A DNA stretch of 64,000 nucleotides. It comes from Candidatus Zixiibacteriota bacterium (GTDB lineage: Bacteria; Zixibacteria; MSB-5A5; GN15; FEB-12). The notes beneath the pieces were generated by a model. The model was given only the letters and a program-made list of their open reading frames with translations. It was not told where the DNA came from and did no database searches. A program made the translations under genes and the position numbers. This document shows, one piece after another, positions 55,670 to 64,000 of this stretch (its first letter is position 1; the number at the start of each line of letters is the position of its first letter). Where the stretch lies: NCBI GenBank assembly GCA_034439475.1, contig JAWXAN010000060.1, forward strand, positions 3,566 to 67,565, given 5' to 3'.

Positions 55670-58458
55670 TAGAAGTTCCATCCGAAAAAGAAGTCAAAAT
55701 CTGTTTTAGGGCTGATTGACTTAAAGTCTGTTGTGCGCGAAAAGTCAAACCTCAGCATAGCCAGGTAACCCAAGCTGACTCGGATTCCAACACCGAATGA
55801 GCCATAGAGCCTATCGAAATCGTCGTCCCAAGCCGAACCGACATCGGCAAAGATAGCGCCGCGAATTGCCTGGAATCCGAGACCGCCGATAGGCAGACCG
55901 ATGAAAAGATCATCGATAAGAGGAAAGCGGAGTTCATTTGAAGTGAACATAACATTTCGGTTATAGAAATGACGCCGGTCAAAACCACGGAATGACCACG
56001 AACCGCCCAAATAGACGCGTTGAGGCTCAGGGCCAGTCGAGCTATAGGCATAGATACGATTGGCGAAAGCTGAATATCGTCCCAGTCGAACGTAATGTCT
56101 GAAATCCGCCGAACCGCTTCGGTTATAATTACGACCCTCGTTCAACGAAGACGTAAGGCTTAAAGTCACATTGTATCGCCGGCCTTCAATAGGTCCGGAA
56201 ATGTCCCAGAGTGAATTGTCATAGACCAAGCTCAAGGAATTCGTGACGAGAAAGCCTTCGCTGTCCCGAAGACCATAGCGGCGGTCTTTGAGTGAATATC
56301 TGGCGAATGTAACAAAATCAAAGCGGTTAAATTTTGAGAGCGGGTAAGAGAGCAGCGCAAGCCCGCCGGCCTGACGCTCAGTATAGTAGAAATCCAAATC
56401 ATTATAAAATTCATCGTAAAGATGGTACAGCCCGACACCCCAATTAAGCCGCTTCTCTTTGTTCACATGGGTAATGCCCAAATTGAACGATGTCAAAAAG
56501 TTGTCTTTTGTGTCGGCTGTATTATTGAGGAGAAAGTAATATGCCTTGTTGCCCAGAATGTCCGAGACAGCCATTTGCAGACCGCCGGTAGAACCGTAGA
56601 CGGGGTCGTATCCCACAGAAGACTGGGCAATATCAAAGGAATAGTCGGCGTCGTATTTAATCGAGGCGCGGCTATAGCTTGAGTCAATCCTCAGCGGCTC
56701 CCAGGTATGCGTCGAAGCAACAATGTTATGCTCCACAGCTTTTGGTTCTTCAAGAAGCTCCATCTGGTAAACTTGGTATGTCATCTCCTGATAGCCGGTA
56801 TAAACGAGGGTCTTCCCGTCTTCTGTCAGACGCGGGTCGAACGCACCAGTTGCATACACCGACTGACGGGTCATCTCGCTGTTTGCTCCAAGCAGGAAGA
56901 GGTTAAAAGATCCCTCACGGTTTGAGCTGAAGAATACTCCCCGTGAAGTCGGCTCAGGCGTACGGTCTTCAAAATTACCGAAAGTGAGCTGAGCTGGCTC
57001 GCTGCCAGCGAGTGTGTCGAGCTTAAATATATTAGTGGCTCCCGTCGGACCGTCAACTGAGCGGTTGGAGGCAAAATAAATCGTCGCGCCATCTTTGGAA
57101 AAAGCCGGGTCGATATCATAATAATTATCGTTCGTTAAAGGCTTACACAGTCCAGTGCTAATATCGAGCACATATATGTCCGAGTAGCCGCTCTTCTGGA
57201 ATCCAGTGAAAACAATCGTTTCGCCATCGGGTGAGAAGCGAGGTGAACGGCAGGCGACAATACCATCCATCTCATATCGACGGGTAACTTCTTCTTTGTT
57301 CAAGTCGTAGATATTGAGGACATCGCTGCCTTTATTTTTTGAAGAAAAGACTACCTTCCCTTCATTATTGGCATCGATGCCCGAACGAAGCAGATAAAGC
57401 GATTCATACGCGGGGCTTCGCTCTCCCTTGACCAGCGTTTTGACGTCTCCGCCTTCCCCGCGCGGTTTCATATACAGGCCAGAGTAACCCATACGATTGG
57501 CCATAAAGACAATCCATTCGGTGTTCCCTTCGCCGTCATCCCATGTGATCGGGACACCCTTGACAGCGAATCCGCGGCCTGATATTTGTTCTGACTCCAT
57601 TTTGGGAAGAGCCATCGAATCCATTTCTGGATAGTATTTTTTCTTTAATGAATAGTGCCATTTCTTGGAAAGCTGTTCGAGGTTATCGCCGAGTGTCACT
57701 TTGACTATTTCATCAAAAGTGCGTCCCTTAGTCCAATTTTCATTCAACAAGGCAAGTTTGTCGGAACCGTAAGTCGAATCAATGAAAGTACAAAGCGACT
57801 CGCCGAGTTTGTACATATAGAATGTACCTTGGACTACATAGAGATTTTCAATAGTCGGCAGTCGGTTCGAAAGAACCATATCTTTAACAACCATGTCAGC
57901 TTCGGTGTCCCATTCCTTAGACCAAAATTCGGCCTGCCCTTCGGTGAACCAGAGCGGCGGAGAACTATGCTGGACAGAGGCCTGACGATTGACAGTATGT
58001 TCAAGTTTCGAAATTTGAAAGACGTGGACAAGTTCGTGGTTTATGACATGAAGGAAATCATGATACGAGCCGTTAAAAGGAAGCACTACGCGTCCTTTGA
58101 GAAATTCGGTAAAGCCACCGACGGATTCGGACAACATCCCACTGATCACATTGGTCTCGCTAAAGTAGCCAGGCGATGAATAGATAATCAGAGGAATTGG
58201 CTTTATGATTTCATGATTGAATTTTGCGGCAAGCGGGCGATAGGCATCCTCGGCGGCACGCGCGGCAACTCCGGCAATCTCAGCTTCTTCCTTATAGAAG
58301 TAGATTCTGAAATGCTCGGTGCTCATAACCTGCCAGTCAAATTCAGTATACTGAACTTTGTTTTTACCAAAGTGGTATTGTGCATGTACGGACGTCGGTG
58401 ATAAAACGAACGCCAATACGGTCAGTAAGATAAGGGCCGATGTATAATATGATTTCAT
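55669..58458 (-). CDS. Tri-domain outer-membrane protein: HExxH peptidase-like domain + PD40/TolB-like propeller repeats + Omp85 (surface antigen D15)-type beta-barrel
   Basis: Signal peptide from the ATG at 58458 (the track TTG start is 58524). INHELVHVF (58024-58038) plus TEGQAEF, PD40 motifs (SPDGETIVF, DIDPAFSKDGATIYFASNR) and a C-terminal barrel ending DFDFFFGWNF. Confidence 0.65.
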   Translation of the reverse strand: MKSYYTSALILLTVLAFVLSPTSVHAQYHFGKNKVQYTEFDWQVMSTEHFRIYFYKEEAEIAGVAARAAEDAYRPLAAKFNHEIIKPIPLIIYSSPGYFSETNVISGMLSESVGGFTEFLKGRVVLPFNGSYHDFLHVINHELVHVFQISKLEHTVNRQASVQHSSPPLWFTEGQAEFWSKEWDTEADMVVKDMVLSNRLPTIENLYVVQGTFYMYKLGESLCTFIDSTYGSDKLALLNENWTKGRTFDEIVKVTLGDNLEQLSKKWHYSLKKKYYPEMDSMALPKMESEQISGRGFAVKGVPITWDDGEGNTEWIVFMANRMGYSGLYMKPRGEGGDVKTLVKGERSPAYESLYLLRSGIDANNEGKVVFSSKNKGSDVLNIYDLNKEEVTRRYEMDGIVACRSPRFSPDGETIVFTGFQKSGYSDIYVLDISTGLCKPLTNDNYYDIDPAFSKDGATIYFASNRSVDGPTGATNIFKLDTLAGSEPAQLTFGNFEDRTPEPTSRGVFFSSNREGSFNLFLLGANSEMTRQSVYATGAFDPRLTEDGKTLVYTGYQEMTYQVYQMELLEEPKAVEHNIVASTHTWEPLRIDSSYSRASIKYDADYSFDIAQSSVGYDPVYGSTGGLQMAVSDILGNKAYYFLLNNTADTKDNFLTSFNLGITHVNKEKRLNWGVGLYHLYDEFYNDLDFYYTERQAGGLALLSYPLSKFNRFDFVTFARYSLKDRRYGLRDSEGFLVTNSLSLVYDNSLWDISGPIEGRRYNVTLSLTSSLNEGRNYNRSGSADFRHYVRLGRYSAFANRIYAYSSTGPEPQRVYLGGSWSFRGFDRRHFYNRNVMFTSNELRFPLIDDLFIGLPIGGLGFQAIRGAIFADVGSAWDDDFDRLYGSFGVGIRVSLGYLAMLRFDFSRTTDFKSISPKTDFDFFFGWNF

Positions 58459-58651
58459 AAAGCGACCAGATGTGTTGTAATCCTTTTGCATGATCTGATA
58501 ACTGTTCTTTTGGTCTAACACCAAAAAAATAACCCTGTTCCATCTTCTTACAAAAAAGGACGATTCAATATTGAAAAGGGTTCAATACTGTCTTGTAGTA
58601 TCGGCAACTTTGATGTAAAGGCGAGATTAAACGGGCAAAAAGAAATTGAGG

Positions 58652-60205
58652 CTAAATAAGCTTTATTGCGTCAAGAATACTGAATACCACCTCAATGTCT
58701 CTGCCCACTTCGCGATTTGACAGGGCTGCTTCAGTACGCGTACCATAACCGGTTCTTACAAGAATCGACCTGGCCCCGATAACTTTCGCAAAGTTCATAT
58801 CGTCTATCGTGTCGCCGATAACAATCGAACGCCGTAGTTCCACTCCTAACTCTTGTACAGCTCCCTCGGCCATCCCGGCTGAAGGTTTTCTACAATCACA
58901 GATAAGAGATGTGGTCGAGGGATAATGAGGGCAATAGTATAGTCCATCAAGTGTAATACCGTTGCTTGCCAAAATATTTCTGAGGCGGTCATTGACCGCT
59001 TCAACATTTTCTATTGTAAAGTAGCCTCGCGCGACACCAGACTGATTGGAGACAACAACGATCTTATAACCTTTCTGAGTGGCGAGATGCAATGCTTCTA
59101 CTGCTCCATTTTCCAGTTCGACTTGTGCCGGGTCGGAGAGGTAATGTTTGTTTACAATCAGCGTACCATCACGATCAATGAAAACTACTGGCGCAAGAGC
59201 GCTAAGCTTATTCAGTTGAGCAATTGCCGATTGGGCGACGTCGTGCGGTAGTATACGTGTAAAACAAAACTGCTCCGGTCTCCAGCATGGAGTTTTGCCA
59301 TGGAGCGAACAGGGCCGACAAAATTCATCGGTCTCGATAATAAGGTCGTGTGGTCCCCGCGGTGAAAATCCAAGGGCCGGGTGTGTTGGCCCGAAGATGC
59401 CAATTGTAGGCGTCCCGAGCGCTGATGATAAGTGCATGAGTCCGGAATCATTGGCGATAGTCAGACCTGCCTGAGCGATTAGATCTTTGAGAGTCGTCAA
59501 AGGCGCATCGATCAGTTCAGAAAATGATGTCGGCGGAAGAAATTTCTCAAGGGTTGATTTGCCTGCCTCGGCGCGGGTTGTTACCCAAATGATATGGGCC
59601 CCAGATCGCTCATGAATCAGCTTTGCGGTTTCGGCGAACTTCTCGACAGGCCATTGCTTGTTTGCATGAGCGGCGCCCGGTGCAATTATTACAGTCTGGC
59701 TGGGTCTTTTTGCTGAGCTGAGCGCCGGGACGTATTCGAACGAACGTCTGATATTCGGACGTTTGCAAAACGGGATTTTCCCGAGTTGAAGCAGGCAATC
59801 ATTATATAAATCGATAGTATGCGGCCAGGAATTCGGAATGATTTGAGTCCGGACGATTTTTCGTCGCTCGAAACTCCGTTTGGGATAAACGATAGTCTTC
59901 CCCGCCCGGATAATCTTACTTGTCAGCCACGAGCGGGTATTACTATGCAGGTCAAAAAGAATATCAAATCCCTCTCGTTCTATGTCTATAAGCGTTGCCA
60001 GAAGTTTCCACAATCCTGAATTTGCAGGCAGGGTGGCGATTTGATCTATTTCAGGCAGAAGCTCGACGGCTGTTCGAAAGCGCTCTTTTGTAAGAAAGAC
60101 TATATGGGCGGCGGGAAAATGAATTCTGAGATTTATCAGAAAAGCGGATGTGAGAAGGACGTCGCCCAGCGAACCAAAGCGAACAACCAGGATTCTTTGC
60201 TGCAT
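58652..60205 (-). CDS. Fusion: family-9 glycosyltransferase (heptosyltransferase-like) + D,D-heptose 1,7-bisphosphate phosphatase (GmhB-like HAD)
   Basis: The ATG at 60205 overlaps the uppP stop (TAATG). The GT9 part has ILVVRFGSLGDVLL and NDSGLMHLSSALGTP. The HAD part has VFIDRDGTLI, VVSNQSGVARG, the Zn site CPH...CDCRKP and GDTIDD. Confidence 0.8.
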   Translation of the reverse strand: MQQRILVVRFGSLGDVLLTSAFLINLRIHFPAAHIVFLTKERFRTAVELLPEIDQIATLPANSGLWKLLATLIDIEREGFDILFDLHSNTRSWLTSKIIRAGKTIVYPKRSFERRKIVRTQIIPNSWPHTIDLYNDCLLQLGKIPFCKRPNIRRSFEYVPALSSAKRPSQTVIIAPGAAHANKQWPVEKFAETAKLIHERSGAHIIWVTTRAEAGKSTLEKFLPPTSFSELIDAPLTTLKDLIAQAGLTIANDSGLMHLSSALGTPTIGIFGPTHPALGFSPRGPHDLIIETDEFCRPCSLHGKTPCWRPEQFCFTRILPHDVAQSAIAQLNKLSALAPVVFIDRDGTLIVNKHYLSDPAQVELENGAVEALHLATQKGYKIVVVSNQSGVARGYFTIENVEAVNDRLRNILASNGITLDGLYYCPHYPSTTSLICDCRKPSAGMAEGAVQELGVELRRSIVIGDTIDDMNFAKVIGARSILVRTGYGTRTEAALSNREVGRDIEVVFSILDAIKLI

Positions 60206-60978
60206 TACCAGAAATAATACAGGCCAAATGCCCCTACGGCAAAACAATAATAGGCGAAATATTCAAACTTTCCCTTTTGGACAATCTTTAAGAGGCCTGC
60301 CACTGATAAGAGACCGAAAACAAAGGCGAATAAGGCACCAACAAGATAGGGGCCTATGTGCAGACTATCGACTGCTACCAGGGCGTCGGTTTTGAAAATA
60401 ATTGCGCCGGTAATGGCCGGAATGGAAAGCAGGAATGAAAACTCAGCGGCCTTTACCGCATCGAGACCAGTATACATGCCCATTGAAATGGTCGCGCCAG
60501 ACCTGGAGATACCGGGCAATATGGAGATCGCCTGCCCGATTCCCATCGTAATTGCATGAAACAAGCTCACTTTTTCGCTGGTGGGCTTGGCAAGTCTAAC
60601 AAACAATAAAAGAAAGCCTGATATAATCAGCGATGCGGCAGTTGTTCGGGGGTCAGAGAAAGACGATTCAAAAAAATCGTTGAGAAATATTCCAGCCAGT
60701 CCGGCAGGTATGGTTCCTATGACAAGATATAATATGATTCTGCGCTCTTCAGTTTTAGCTCTGTCGAACAGAGCGAGCATCAAAGCCCAAAGCTTCTGGC
60801 GGTAGTACAAAATGACCGCGATTAAAGTCCCGATGTGGACAACTATTTCGAGCGTTATCCCCGGTTCTTTGACTCCAAGCAAAAATTGGGCGAAGACTAA
60901 ATGCGCCGATGATGAGACTGGCAGAAACTCAGTGAGTCCCTGAACAATGCCGAGTATAATTGCGTCGAGGTATGTCAT
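60205..60978 (-). CDS. uppP: Undecaprenyl-diphosphate phosphatase
   Basis: GLTEFLPVSSSAHL and PGISRSGATI motifs. ATG at 60978, immediately after a terminator hairpin (the track start at 61023 is TTG). Confidence 0.9.
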   Translation of the reverse strand: MTYLDAIILGIVQGLTEFLPVSSSAHLVFAQFLLGVKEPGITLEIVVHIGTLIAVILYYRQKLWALMLALFDRAKTEERRIILYLVIGTIPAGLAGIFLNDFFESSFSDPRTTAASLIISGFLLLFVRLAKPTSEKVSLFHAITMGIGQAISILPGISRSGATISMGMYTGLDAVKAAEFSFLLSIPAITGAIIFKTDALVAVDSLHIGPYLVGALFAFVFGLLSVAGLLKIVQKGKFEYFAYYCFAVGAFGLYYFW

Positions 60979-61007
60979 AAAATAAAAGCCCCGTTGATCG
61001 GGGCTTT
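60979..61007 (-). terminator. Rho-independent terminator after the 61039-61689 gene
   Basis: The minus strand reads AAAGCCCC-gatcaac-GGGGCTTT followed by TATTTT. Confidence 0.6.
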
Positions 61008-61038
61008 CCAGATGCCACTGCAAGAAAACACGAATAAT

Positions 61039-61689
61039 TTACATTATGTTAAAATCAATACCAAAAAAGATGCCGTCGTTGCCATCCAACTGGAATTCAA
61101 AGAAGCCCGCCACTGTCGGTGAAAAGTCATATTTCAGGCCGCCATTGAATCCGAACTCCAAATCAGAATTGGAATTGTCGCCGCTGAACCCCGGCCCAGT
61201 GTCAAATGATTTTGACTCGAGGCGGATATTGATTCGAGCATACGGACTGAGCGTGCTTCCATTTCTCATCGCAAATGGGTACGAACCAATGAGATGTCCT
61301 CCAAATTGCACGGCAGAGAAACCATTAACATCGACAAATTCGAAGAGGGCGCCGGTGGCCATATCAAAAGGAGCTCTTCTTCCTTCTTTAACATTCCAAA
61401 ACTGCCATTTAAAGTCTGCTCCAAATGAAACGGCAAGATCATCGGTGTCTGCGTCATAAATTGCCAGTTTAAGCCGCCCGTCCGTATACGTCGACATTCC
61501 GAAAGTAAACTGGCCAAAAAAGGACGTCGCATCGGCGATTCCGGCCCCAATGAGGAAATTTCCCTTCCCTTGCCCGACAGTTCGCGCGGTCGTCAAAGTC
61601 CCAAAGGCTGATCCAATTGTAAAGTCGGCCTTTGCAAGTCCTGTTGTTGCAATTAACGTAAGGATAAATAGTACTGTTATTCTCTTCAT
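61039..61689 (-). CDS. Hypothetical outer-membrane beta-barrel protein
   Basis: ATG at 61689 with GAGGG upstream. Signal peptide (ATTGLAKA-D) and an alternating beta pattern. Confidence 0.5.
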   Translation of the reverse strand: MKRITVLFILTLIATTGLAKADFTIGSAFGTLTTARTVGQGKGNFLIGAGIADATSFFGQFTFGMSTYTDGRLKLAIYDADTDDLAVSFGADFKWQFWNVKEGRRAPFDMATGALFEFVDVNGFSAVQFGGHLIGSYPFAMRNGSTLSPYARINIRLESKSFDTGPGFSGDNSNSDLEFGFNGGLKYDFSPTVAGFFEFQLDGNDGIFFGIDFNIM

Positions 61690-61829
61690 TATTGACCCTC
61701 TCATCTGTGTCACATGCTTAGTTTGACAAGAAATTACCTTCAGACACGGAGCCTGTCACATAAAAAATAGACGGAAAACTGGGATTAAACCGAGTGGGAT
61801 AACCGTAAAAGCTTGAAATTAGAAGGAAA

Positions 61830-63257
61830 TCAATACAAATTGAACTTGGCGATTCGGTCGCGGAGGGTGTTGCGGGAAATCCCAAGCGTCTCTGAGGCTT
61901 TCACTTGATTTCCTTCGAAGTGCTTCAAACACGAGGAGATAACCGCCCGCTCAAGTGCCGACTCAAGGAAGTGATATATGCGGCCTGGCGAATTGCTGAT
62001 AAGTTTCGGCATTACCGGGTCGATTATCTTCTTGAAAGTTTCGGTGTAGTCATCCTGAAGGACAGAGAGATCGAACTCGATTTTGGGAGTTCCCTCGGCG
62101 AGACTTGGGAAGTCCTCGGCCTCAAGGGTGTCATTTTTTGACATTACAAGCGCAGTATGGACATTATTCTCAAGTTCGCGCACATTTCCCGGCCACGGAT
62201 ATTTCAGCAGGAGGGCCATCGCCTTTTTCGAGACCGACTTTGTCTGCACTCCCAGACTATTCGAGAACTTGCTCCTGAAATAATCGACAAGCAGTCCTAT
62301 ATCCGGTTTGCGTTCCCTAAGCGGTGGAATAAAGAGCGAGACCACTTTTAATCTATAGAATAGGTCGACCCGGAAAGATCCTTCCTTCATCGCCTGCACA
62401 AGCGATTTATTGGTGGCCGCGATAATCCGTACATCGACCTTTATTGACTCGTTGCCACCCACTCGTTCGACCTGCTTTTCCTGGAGCACACGGAGGAGTT
62501 TGGCCTGCGTGAGCATTGACATATCACCAATCTCGTCAAGAAAGAGTGTTCCGGTATCGGCCTGTTCGAACTTGCCTATGCGTTTATAATACGCTCCGGT
62601 AAATGCGCCTTTTTCATGGCCAAAAAGCTCTGATTCGAGCAATGTTTCAGGAAGCGCGGCGCAGTTGACCGACAGAAATGCATTATTGCGGCGTTTCGAG
62701 TTGCGGTGAATGGCGCGAGCAACAAGCTCTTTGCCTGTCCCTGATTCGCCGAAAATAAGTACAGCGGCGTCCGATTTCGAAACCTGACCGATAAGTTTTG
62801 CTATTTCCACAATTTCGGGCGACTGTCCGACTATTTCATCGAGTTGCGTTGTTACAGAATCGGGAGAGGCCAGAGTCGGCAACTTGCGTGAAGCAACAAA
62901 CCCGCATGCCTTGTTGACTGTATCAATGAGTTTTTCTATTTCGAAGGGTTTGGTCAGATACTCATAAGCCCCCTCACGCATTGCTTCCATAGCATTTTCA
63001 GTCGAAACAAATCCTGAGATCATAATGACTGGAACCTGGTCGAGGTGCTTACGAATCTGCTTGAGTACATCAAGACCCGACATCGTCGGCAGATTGACAT
63101 CGAGCATGACCAGATCGACATCGTTGTTGGAGCTCAGGAAACGACTTACATCGGAGCCGTCTTCGAGAAAATTAAAATGGAATTTATCGCTGTCAAACAA
63201 GTTTGCCAGCGAGCGGGATACGTCTTTGTCATCGTCTACGAGAAGTATGTTTTTCAT
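61830..63257 (-). CDS. Sigma-54-dependent response regulator (NtrC/Fis family: REC + AAA+ + HTH)
   Basis: ILLVDDD...DLVMLDVNLP receiver domain, GESGTGKE Walker A, the GAFTGA sigma-54 contact loop, and a C-terminal Fis-type HTH (LGISRNTLRDRI). Confidence 0.9.
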   Translation of the reverse strand: MKNILLVDDDKDVSRSLANLFDSDKFHFNFLEDGSDVSRFLSSNNDVDLVMLDVNLPTMSGLDVLKQIRKHLDQVPVIMISGFVSTENAMEAMREGAYEYLTKPFEIEKLIDTVNKACGFVASRKLPTLASPDSVTTQLDEIVGQSPEIVEIAKLIGQVSKSDAAVLIFGESGTGKELVARAIHRNSKRRNNAFLSVNCAALPETLLESELFGHEKGAFTGAYYKRIGKFEQADTGTLFLDEIGDMSMLTQAKLLRVLQEKQVERVGGNESIKVDVRIIAATNKSLVQAMKEGSFRVDLFYRLKVVSLFIPPLRERKPDIGLLVDYFRSKFSNSLGVQTKSVSKKAMALLLKYPWPGNVRELENNVHTALVMSKNDTLEAEDFPSLAEGTPKIEFDLSVLQDDYTETFKKIIDPVMPKLISNSPGRIYHFLESALERAVISSCLKHFEGNQVKASETLGISRNTLRDRIAKFNLY

Positions 63258-63425
63258 TCGTAATTTCTTTTGTTGGCTCTATAGAAAGAGTATCGGCCAA
63301 AATCAGGAATCTTTGAGAGGAATTATTTGCTCTTTTTTGAGGGGGTTCATGACGAAGGTTTGGATGGTGATGCACGAGAACGTACGACAGCCACAAGTGA
63401 CAAGAGAATGAAGAATCCCTGAACC

Positions 63426-63442
63426 GTTCGCCTGCGGCGAAC
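63426..63442. repeat. GC-rich hairpin GTTCGCC-tgc-GGCGAAC
   Basis: Seven-bp perfect stem in an intergenic region, in the same style as the other hairpin repeats. It could also act as a terminator element for the upstream partial gene. Confidence 0.35.
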
Positions 63443-63583
63443 CGTTGGCGGAATCGCTACAAGACTAAGAAATTATGAAAATGAGAGGGCCGCGCCGGCC
63501 GGAGGTGGAAGATACACCAACCACGGTGTGGAGGGTTTTGCAAGAGTACTTTCCCCATTATGACGTTGGGAAGAAGGTTTAAA

Positions 63584-64000
63584 CTATCGCTCTTTTTCGG
63601 AGAGAAATTTGGCCGCAGTGCTCATCCAGAAAAACGAGGCAAAAAGTTCTATCAGAAGGCCAAGGGCAAGTACCCCTGCGACTAACTCAGGTTTGAACCG
63701 CTGGATAAGCTGAGGGGAATAGCCTGCGGTTGCCGAAACTAAAGCCGGTCCCGCGAGAATTAGAGCCGAAAGGATAATGCAGGTCAAGGGACGGGAGGCA
63801 AATATCTTGAGAGATCGAACAATCGCCTTGAGGGCATTTTCTTTAAAAATCACAACGGATGGCAGGGCAAAGAATAACGGCGAAAGGATCAGAATATAGG
63901 CGCTTGGCAGCAGAACAAAATTAAAGGCCATAATTCTGCGCGGGCCGTCGAGCAGAGGCGCAAACCACTTGGGCAGGAATACGCCTGAGAGAAGGGTCAA
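63584..64000 (-). CDS. Integral membrane protein, C-terminal part only (continues beyond the window end)
   Basis: The open frame runs to the window edge with several hydrophobic helices. I recognise no family. Confidence 0.4.
   Translation of the reverse strand: MTLLSGVFLPKWFAPLLDGPRRIMAFNFVLLPSAYILILSPLFFALPSVVIFKENALKAIVRSLKIFASRPLTCIILSALILAGPALVSATAGYSPQLIQRFKPELVAGVLALGLLIELFASFFWMSTAAKFLSEKER

Noticed and set aside
1-64000. Mobile elements, prophage, defence islands, and tRNA/rRNA genes
   Set aside because: I found no transposase, integrase, recombinase, reverse transcriptase, restriction or toxin-antitoxin-like translations in any frame of the ORF track. The intergenic regions contain no cloverleaf-like or rRNA-like sequence. 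Composition looks uniform by eye.

Overview
This 64-kb window is from a diderm bacterial chromosome. By eye it is roughly 50% GC and almost fully coding. It is strongly strand-biased: all but four supported genes read on the minus strand, often with ATGA or TAATG start/stop overlaps that indicate long operons.

Most of the content is core metabolism and housekeeping:
- Envelope and isoprenoid genes: ccmA-ccmB plus an untracked 37-aa CcmD-like ORF, lepB, rseP, dxr and a cyclophilin.
- A mixed TCA-type operon: a COG2403-like P-loop protein, arcC, cca, sucC, sucD, ndk and mdh.
- Other housekeeping: an aldehyde dehydrogenase, tgt, radA, mlaE/mlaF, dnaB, a family-4 UDG, coaBC and smg.
- Purine and tRNA amidation: purH, a PurN-PurC fusion, gatB and gatA.
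- A liu/atu-like acyl-CoA catabolic cluster: two ACADs, hbd, thiolase, biotin carboxylase with a separate BCCP, a hydratase, a carboxyltransferase and an AtuA-like protein.
- Stress and cell surface: a DnaJ-class protein, hsp20, a heptosyltransferase-GmhB fusion, uppP and an NtrC-type sigma-54 activator.

I found no rRNA, tRNA, CRISPR array, transposase, integrase or prophage signature.

Features worth a second look:
1. A secreted three-gene module: a CXXCH-bearing predicted beta-barrel carrying a G10 tract, a C-X4-CH PSCyt1-like lipoprotein, and a YceI-like protein.
2. A 929-951 aa protein that fuses an HExxH peptidase-like domain, PD40 propeller repeats and an Omp85-type barrel. It sits in an operon with a BamB-like lipoprotein and a large HEAT-repeat protein.
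3. Two intergenic loci packed with related GC-rich palindromic hairpin modules (BIME/REP-like mosaics). At least four copies of the 12-mer CCGCCGCGGCGG occur in them.
4. An orphan plus-strand intrinsic terminator, suggesting a candidate sRNA, in an otherwise minus-strand region.
5. A 74-aa Lys-rich tail on SucD.
6. A cobalamin riboswitch cut by the window start.

All functional calls come from motif and family recognition by eye on the supplied translations. No searches were run.
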